This document shows positions 51,267 through 59,409 of a stretch of 59,409 bases of DNA, one piece after another. Under the pieces are notes generated by a model. That model was not told the DNA's origin. It worked only from the letters and a program-made list of their open reading frames with translations, and did not search any database. Position numbers and translations under genes: made by a program. Source of the DNA: Octopus sinensis (taxonomy: Eukaryota); NCBI RefSeq assembly GCF_006345805.1, contig NW_021832975.1, positions 1 to 59,409 on the forward strand, read 5' to 3'. Positions within the stretch are counted from its first letter, which is position 1; each line of letters begins with the position of its first letter.

Positions 51267-51570
51267 CACGATCACGTGACCGACCAGTCTATCAAATATA
51301 CTTACACATCGCTGGTCACAATGCGTTCGCATTGTTTTAGCCTTCGAATGACGTCACCCCGCTGGCTAAGCGAGCAGGCCAACAGAAGAAAGAGTGGGAG
51401 AAAGAGTGGTGAAAGGAGTACAGCAGGGATCACCACCCCCTGCCGGAGACTCGTGGAGCTTTTAGGTGTTTTCGCTCAATAAACACTCACAACGCCTGGT
51501 CTGGGAATCGAAACCGCGATCCTACGACCGCGAGTCCGCTGCCCAAACCACTGGGCCATTGCACCTCCAC
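51267..51570 (-). mobile_element. tRNA-derived SINE
   Basis: Minus-strand head GTGGAGGTGCAATGGCCCAGTGG..GGTTTCGATTCCCAGACC with A and B boxes. Confidence 0.75.
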
Positions 51571-51603
51571 ACACACACACACACACACATATATATTTAT
51601 ATT

Positions 51604-51640
<37 letters not shown>

Positions 51641-51966
51641 TTATTTATGTGTACACACACACCACACACACACACACACACACACGTTGGAGTACTCTTT
51701 GACTTTTGTTTTAGGCAAATGATATTCAAACTGTAACTACGGTAAATATATTGTGTCACGGGAAGTGAAAAAAAAAAGCCGAATCCACCATTTATCACTC
51801 TTTATGTAGGAACGGTGTCTCGACTCTACATCTCCACGAAAAGGAAACAAACAATGCAGTGACAACGACTGAAAGCATACAGTCTCTTATTAATCGGTGG
51901 GAAGATCTTCATCTGAGTAACGTTGAAGCAACGTCTTGCCGACCATGAACGCGCCCTTCTTAAATA

Positions 51967-52110
51967 CGCCAGTGTTGCTTTAAAAGAGGTCACAATACAG
52001 TCGACATGGTGTTTGTAAAACGCCGTCTTCATAAGTATTGGAAGCAGCATCAAGCTCTCTACGCAGCAATAGTCGACCTTACGAATGCAGGTGTTAATGA
52101 TTGGACGTGG
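51967..52110 (+). pseudogene. RTE-clade reverse transcriptase fragment
   Basis: RQCCFKRGHNTVDMVFVKRRLHKYWKQHQALYAAIVDLTNA matches the QCGFR.GR.T.DMIF..RQLQEKC.EQ...LY..FVDL.KA RT motif. Confidence 0.8.
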
Positions 52111-52685
52111 ATAGTCATAGCTAGAGTTTATTACCATGTTGTTGGAATGTTTACAAGGGCAACTCACCCTCAGCATCATCATAATTTAAAACCCGTGTTC
52201 CATGCTGGCATAAGTTAAACGGTTTGACAAGGATCTAATGGGTCAAGGATTCCCTTGAACTCCTGTGCCTGTTTAGGCATGGTTTCTGTGGCTGGATGCC
52301 CTTCATAACGCCAACCGCTTCACAGTGTGTAAATCCTCTTCTCTGATGGTGGAAAGTGGAAGGCGATATTTCAAGTAACTAGAGCTATCAGACAAACTTG
52401 TGTGCTGTCCTCATGATTTTCAGCATGACGTTGTCTGTCATGTTGATTTACTTCTCTCAGGACATTTACGATAAATACAACAGACAGGTTGCACTGATAG
52501 AAGAAGCTTAAGTCTAAGAAGACACTTCTCTGTCAGGATGATAGATGATGCTCTATACAAATAGATGCTCTATACAAATGATAGAGGATGCTCTATACAA
52601 ATATTATCTCCCATTCTGAGAGATAATATTTATTCCTACTTAAACGTGGATGATCTGCTCAGACAAACTTTACTGCGGTTGATAC

Positions 52686-52915
52686 CATACGAGAAACTCT
52701 CATATAGCCTTTGGTGCAAAATGCATGCTTGCTTATATCGCTAGCGGAGAGATAACGCTCCACCAACGCCAACACCGAGACTACCAGATCAAGTGATTTC
52801 GACCTTTCTTGCTCTCATCGGTGATGGACGCTCGACTGCTAGAATTATTTGCCCGCTAGTGATATAAACTAGTGTGCACTTTACACCAAAAGCCTATATG
52901 AGAGTTTCTCTTATG
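52686..52915. mobile_element. MITE-like element with ~60-bp imperfect terminal inverted repeats
   Basis: 52686-52747 pairs with 52853-52915 (GAGAAACTCTCATATAG..TATATCGCTAGCGG / CCGCTAGTGATATA..CTATATGAGAGTTTCTC). Confidence 0.7.
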
Positions 52916-53584
52916 TGTCTACCGTTGATGTGGGGTTAAATATTACGCCTCGCTATTATTACTGGTTCTGTCGCTAGTATATACATTTGAAAATTCTGGT
53001 TTATAGGTGATTGTGTTTTTAATGCCACCTCAAAGTTTGAAATGCGGCAGTGCATTTCAAACAAGAGTCTGCTCTACCTGCGATGAATTCGGTTTCATTA
53101 TCAACACAAACACAACCGATGTCATATAACGAATGATTACTAATAAGGAGTACGTGGAGTCTGCAGTCACTGTCAAAAATAGTCCATAGACTATTGATAA
53201 ATTCACTTAACTTCGCTGTATCTTTCTACAAGAATAGCCCACATTAACGATGAGGGTAAGGGCAGATTCACATCGATTTTTGCAGAATTCGTAAGAAGAC
53301 CTAGGGAAAGAAGGATGTCGGTTTCCAAACCAAGGTGGCCTACGGAACTGTTACTGTAGGCCAAAGTGATTGGTAGAGCTTCATTCCTCAATCTTCTGCT
53401 TTCTGGAAGTTACTACAGCTTATATTCCCCTTCTCTATGATATTCAGTCAAGCATTATGCCAATCAATATCTTTTGAATATATTGGCCCCATCTTTTCCT
53501 CCTTTCTCATCTCTTATGCTAACAGTGGCTAGAAGCCTATTTTTGGGGACAAAATCGTATATAAAACAATGTTAACTTAATACA

Positions 53585-53710
53585 GTTCTATATTTAAGAG
53601 ATGAGGAATTATGTACGTTATTTACATTTGACGGGCATATGGCGTAGTGGTTAAGAGCGCGGGCTACTAACCCCAAGATTCCGAGTTCGATTCCAAGCAG
53701 TGACCTGATC

Positions 53711-53744
<34 letters not shown>

Positions 53745-53890
53745 TCGAAAAAAATACCTTAGGAATGAGAACCCAGGTTCGAAATTTCCCCAAGACACCT
53801 GATGAAGGCTGGAGGGTATATCAGCCGAAACTTTGTATTAACAGCAAACAAAATGAGGACAAATATCCGTTAAATGTAAATAATGTAAAT
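53585..53890 (+). mobile_element. SINE-like element: tRNA-derived head, (AAT)n, hammerhead fold, with inverted 3'-end copy upstream
   Basis: Head 53633-53704 (A box TGGCGTAGTGG, B box GAGTTCGATTCC); hammerhead 53794-53839; 53614-53634 is the reverse complement of 53867-53887 (19/21). Confidence 0.75.
53794..53839 (+). ncRNA. Hammerhead ribozyme fold, degenerate at helices I and III
   Basis: GACAC-CUGAUGA-A-GGCUG(GAGGGUAUAU)CAGCC-GAAA-CUUU-GUAUU; core and helix II intact, helix III pair lost. Confidence 0.55.
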
Positions 53891-54084
53891 AAAGTTAACT
53901 CGTATTCGTCCATTTACTTCTAAGAACGTTAAAATTAAAGAAACAGAAATAAAGCGAAGTCAACCCATTCAAATGGGTTCCAAACCTACCACGGTTTACT
54001 CCTCTCTCTTTTGTCTTTCCGTGGATAGATACATTGTAAGGCACCAGTACATAAGTCGAGGCGATTCAGGCGGATCTTCTCATC

Positions 54085-54478
54085 TTTTATCTTTTACTTG
54101 TTTCATTCATTAGAATGCAGCCATGCTGCAGCGCCGCCTTGAGGAGATTTTAGTCGACTGTATCAACTCAAGTACTTTTTTTTTTTAAAGCCTGGTACTA
54201 ATTCTATCGGTAAATATTGCTGAACCGCTAAGTTACGGGGACGTAAACACACCAAAACCTGTTGTCAAGCTGTGATGAGGGACAAAAACAGACAAAGGCA
54301 CACACACACATATGCATATATACGACGGGCTTCTTTCAGTTTCCGTCTACCAAATCCACTCACAAGGCTTTGGTCAGCCCTAGGCTATAGTAGAATACAC
54401 TTGCCCATGGTGTGACGCAGGGGAACTGAACCCAGAACCATGTGGTTGGGAAACAAGCTTGTTACCACACAGACACCC
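54085..54478 (-). mobile_element. SINE-A, full copy
   Basis: Reverse complement of the family consensus. Confidence 0.85.
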
Positions 54479-54905
54479 CTTTGCCTATACGGCCATACAT
54501 TTGTGCGGTCCTTGTACAAAAATTTTTTTTCTTCCTGTTTATTTTTTTTTTTTGCTAATCAATAATCTTCATCTTGGAAATAAATACAACGGTCATGACA
54601 GCAAAATCACCATATTTCTATACAAACTACCAAATTCTTTGGGGAATTACGAGATATTGTTACATCATGCATGCCTTTAGCTATATCTTTGGGAATTCTT
54701 ATTGTTTGTCGAAAAATAATAAAATAGAAAGAAATCTATCTCGAAATGGAATCAATCATTAGATATAAAGCTTTTAATGTCTTTAGTTTCTGTCATCGGT
54801 TTGCCTGTCCCAATCCTCCATCACAAACGGTTCTGTGTTCTCTTTAATGGTGGCATAATAGCTTTAGGGTGTGGTGGACGTGCATGCCTATCTACTGATC
54901 CATCC

Positions 54906-55000
<95 letters not shown>

Positions 55001-55018
55001 CATCCATCCATCCATCAT

Positions 55019-55059
<41 letters not shown>

Positions 55060-55087
55060 CAACCATCCATCCATTCATCCATCCATC

Positions 55088-55157
<70 letters not shown>

Positions 55158-55793
55158 CTATCCATCCATCCATCCATCCATCCATCATTTATCTATCTAT
55201 CTATCTATTCTATCTATCTATCTATCTATCTACGACTACACATACACACACACAAATATATAAATACACATAAGTGTATGTGTGTACACACACACATGGA
55301 TATATGTATATTTGCATCTATATTTATAGCTATTTATTTGTACAGCATATATAATTATTTATGTATATGTGAGTATATATAATTATGTATATACATGTGT
55401 GTGTGTGTATACTTATACACATACATACACACACATATATATCAATATATTTATATATATGTATATTTATATGTATATATGTATGAATATATATGAGCAT
55501 ATTTATGCGTGTGGCCTTGCGTGTGTGTGGTTCTATCTCTCGAACTTTCCATCTACCCACTTCTCTGCGTATGTGTGTGCCTAGGTATGTATTTAATATA
55601 TGTATGTGTATATCTTTCTAAATATATGTGCATAAATGTGTGTATACATACACACACATATACACATACATACATAATACATACATATATATATAGGTAT
55701 ATATATACATATTCACATACACCTACATATATATGTGTGTATATACACACTCATACACATATATACACACACATACATACACACACACACACG

Positions 55794-55833
<40 letters not shown>

Positions 55834-56384
55834 CGCACACCTATATACATGAATACACATACATCCTACTCCACACTCACACGCTCATACATTCATATGC
55901 AATGCGTGCATCTCTGCGAAGAGACAAACGTTACATCCTTTCGTTTGATTGTCCAACCTGTTGTACTGTATATATGTTATTCACCAATGCTCTCTTGTAC
56001 ATAGTTGAGTGAAGCCCTCAAAGGAATGGCGTTTCCTCTTGTTATTTTTTGTTTTTGTTTTTTCTCTGCTGTCATCCCTGAGGTATTACTCAAAAATCTA
56101 CGCGACCAACAGTACTGCAATGACATCATTGGAACGTTGCATGCTGTATAAATTTACTTAGTCTGTATTTCATATATATATATATTATTAATATATATAT
56201 ATATTATATATATAATATATATATATATATATAATGTATATATATATATTATATATATATATAATATATATATAAATATACATATATATACATATATATA
56301 TATATATAACATATATATATAGATATATATACATATATATATATATACAAGATATAATATATATAATACATATATATATATTAC

Positions 56385-56437
<53 letters not shown>

Positions 56438-56461
56438 TATGCACATGCATAAACATACATA

Positions 56462-56850
56462 GGAGCAGGAGTGGCTGTGTGGTAAGTAGCTTGCTTACCA
56501 ACCACATGGTTCCGGGTTCAGTCCCACTACGTGGCACCTTGGGCAAGGATTTTCTACTATAGCCTCGGGTTGACCAAAGCCTTGTGAGTGGACTTGGTAG
56601 ACTGAAACATATATATATATATATGTGTGTGTGTGTGTTTGTGTGTATGTTTGTGTGCCTGTGTTTGTCCCCCTTCCCCAACATCGCTTGGCAACTGATG
56701 CTGGTGTGTTTACGTTCCCGTCACCTAGCGGTCCGGCAAGAGAGACCGATAAAATAAGTACTAGGCTTACAAAGTCCTGGGTTCAATTTGCTCGACTAAA
56801 GGCGGTGCTCCAGCTTGGCCGCAGTCAAATGACTGAAACACATAAAAGAA
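56462..56850 (+). mobile_element. SINE-A, full copy
   Basis: AGGAGTGGCTGTGTGGTAAGTAGC head to GACTGAAACA tail. Confidence 0.85.
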
Positions 56851-57452
56851 TACACACACATATAACACACAGACACGCACACACACATATATATACATCT
56901 ATTGAACAGATAGATATACAGGGAGTGCTGAAAAGTTCCTAGCTTTGGGTAAAAGAAAAATACAGTTTATTCTCTTGATGTCTACGTAATTTATTATTTA
57001 CTGAATCAAAATTCAGTAATTTTTGGAAATTCACGGTTTCCAAAAGCTCTGTACCACTAAGCCAATATATGCACAAACAAGTTGCACGAGCAACTTCAAC
57101 AGTAACACACTCGCGCACACACATAGATACACATACACACGAATGACAGGTAATGTGTGTGTATGTGTGTGCATGTGTGTGTGTGCGTATGTGTGTGTGT
57201 GTGTGTATGTGTGTGTGTATGTGCTTGCTGTTCACTGACAAAACTTCGCGCTGCATTACTTTTGAGAAGTTTTGTCAGTGAACAGGTCGCGATTTCAAAG
57301 CGAAGAAAATATTTTGACACAAACGAAATTTTAATGTTGAAGTGAAACTAGTAATACTTTAATACAGAGGTCCCTTAACGGTACTACTTAAATACAGGGG
57401 TTACGTACAAAACATTTTAAATGTACGCTGAGTGGACGTGTAATGACACTCT

Positions 57453-57510
57453 ACCCTAACTAACCCTAACTAAACCTAACTCTAAAACTAGCCCTAACCA
57501 TAACCCTAAA
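57453..57510. repeat. Short degenerate (CCCTAA)-like tract inside a dispersed repeat
   Basis: ACCCTAACTAACCCTAAC..GCCCTAACCATAACCCTAA; the surrounding family recurs at 59245-59395. Confidence 0.6.
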
Positions 57511-58724
57511 AACTCACCCTCCCGTTCATATCATTACGTAGATGCATCGGGGCCTCTGTAACTAACGGTTTCTGGGTGTTCTTGAATGACTTACAAACAC
57601 CTATGCTGCAATTGTTTTTTTTTTAGTACACTATTTCAGATCAAGTCACTTGCTATGCAAGTACACCTCCGCAATTTTTTAAAAATCACTGTCGATAAAT
57701 ACCAGCAATGACCTTCTCAGACTCTCCAATATTTTAATTTCTAAACAGAAACAGAGGCAGGGAGCGGGGCTGCAAAAAATTCATAATTTCTCAAATTTTC
57801 TTTTTTATAGCGTATAAATGTATTTACGGGGAAAATATTGAACAACATCAATACATGCGAGAGTGATAAACAAACGAGGAGGGTTGTCTTTGGATATGCT
57901 AGAAACAACAGCCAAATCGCCCTTAAATCACTCACTTTTCACTCTGGAAATATTAACAATTTAAAAAAAAAAAATTACCGAAAATTTTCTTCCTATGTTT
58001 TTGAAGTGCAAAAGAAAATTGGCCAATGGAGTGGGATGATGCTAAACTTTTTTCATAAAAAGATGCAACAACCCACCCCACCATTTCGAAGGCTGTGGTT
58101 TAGAAAAAATAAGAAAATTTCCTGAAAATAATTTCCCCACAAATTTCTTTATAATCGTAATCTATGCAGTTTGAAAGGGATTTGTATAAATTTTCATTAA
58201 AAGATACCCGTCTTCCTGAAAGTTACGAGGGAAAAAGTCGGAAAAATTCTTTCTCATAAATCCCTTTATACTCTGAAGCCACGACATCCAAGCGGCATTT
58301 GTGGAAAATTTTGTTAAAAAGTATCCATTTTGCCGGATGTCACGAGGCAACAAAGTCGGTGGTGGGGTGTATACATCTGTAGTAATGCCTTTTATTTATA
58401 CAATTTTTTTATTTTATGTTTCATTCATTGTTTGCAATGTTCTCTTCCCCCCTCTCTCCTACACACTGCTGAATTGAAGTTTCTATGTTCCTTCTCCATG
58501 TGTTGTTGGACTACCGTGATGTTTGTTTAAAAAAGAAAGATAATGAATGTGATAAAATAATGAAGGCAATATTTACTATTTACTAAGCAAGTGAGCACTA
58601 TTATACAAAGAAATAATTCGACGTAAAACATAAAAGTTATTAGAAGTGGGAATCAAATGTTCCAAGGGGCTATATATTATATATATATATATATATTATA
58701 TATATAATATATACTATATATATA

Positions 58725-58990
58725 TGTAGGTCCCGGGTTGATTCGGGGTTACCCACAGTAAATAAGCTACTCAATACATAGTAGAGTAAAATTATTTATT
58801 ATATAGAAGGAGCTTCTACAGGACTAGAACTGTTTCATTCAAGAGAAATCTTCAGGAAGCTAGTTAACAAGAATTGTATTGGCATTTATACATTTAGTAT
58901 AAATGCCAATACAATTCTTGTTAACTAGCTTCCTGAAGATTTCTCTGAATGAAACAGTTCTAGTCCTGTAGACGCTCCTTCTATATAAAT
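58725..58990. mobile_element. Penelope-like fold-back: ~92-bp palindrome plus extension, in (TA)n
   Basis: 58799-58891 pairs with 58897-58988, 5-nt loop, about 2 differences. Confidence 0.85.
58811..58861 (-). ncRNA. Type I hammerhead ribozyme, canonical core (mirror copy on + at 58927-58976)
   Basis: AGCUUC-CUGAAGA-UUUC(UCUU)GAAU-GAAA-CAG(UUCUAGUC)CUG-UA-GAAGCU; 6-bp helix I, weak helix II. Confidence 0.75.
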
Positions 58991-59013
58991 AGATATATAT
59001 ATAGATATATAGC

Positions 59014-59046
<33 letters not shown>

Positions 59047-59409
59047 GTATATATATAGTATATATATATATAATATATATATATATATATAATATATATT
59101 ATATATATATATATCTATATATATATATATATATATATATAAATCGTGCCATTATGCAAAAGTGTCGTGGTCCAAACGTTGCTTCTTCAGAGAACGAAAG
59201 AATAGTTTCACCATTCTATTTTTTTCACATTAACAACAAGCACGAAGTTTTGTCAGTGAACAGGTCACGGTTTCAAAGCGACGAAAATATTTTGACACAA
59301 ATGAAATTTAATTCTTGAAGTGAAACTAACGGTTTTTGTGTGTTTCTTAAATGGCTTACAAACAGCTTCAACGCTGCATTGTTTTTATTTCAGTACATAA
59401 TCTTGGCTA

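Noticed and set aside
53633-53704. Functional tRNA gene (ACT anticodon)
   Set aside because: Acceptor and T stems do not pair properly and no oligo-T terminator follows; treated as a SINE head.
57453-57510. Interstitial telomere or chromosome fusion scar
   Set aside because: Short, degenerate, single orientation and embedded in a dispersed repeat.
57838-58350. Possible degraded Tc1/mariner-family transposase
   Set aside because: Only vague resemblance; catalytic motifs could not be read, so it is not listed as a feature.

Overview
Eukaryotic, AT-rich, microsatellite-saturated DNA. The SINE and LINE families look like those of an octopod cephalopod (Octopus-type); this is recognition from memory, not a database result. 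No host protein-coding gene can be firmly supported, and almost all ORFs in the track are translations of simple repeats. The window is a mosaic of retroelements. (1) At least seven loci carry type I hammerhead ribozyme folds, several with variant cores (C3U+G8A, U4C). They sit mostly in (TA)n-flanked fold-back structures typical of Penelope-like elements, and one has a tRNA-derived head. (2) A 2.25-kb non-LTR element encodes only a frameshifted L1/Tx1-type ORF1, with a CCHC knuckle hidden in another frame. It is inserted with a 17-bp TSD into a SINE at the same site that a second SINE family hits elsewhere in the window, and the two inserts share a 3' tail. (3) R4/Dong-type RLE LINE 3' ends and a ~560-bp non-coding element are stacked in (AAT)n arrays. 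(4) There are fragments of Tc1, RTE, CRE-like and Helentron-type elements. SINE-A and SINE-B are working labels used here, not official names. Many single-base indels may be long-read assembly errors.
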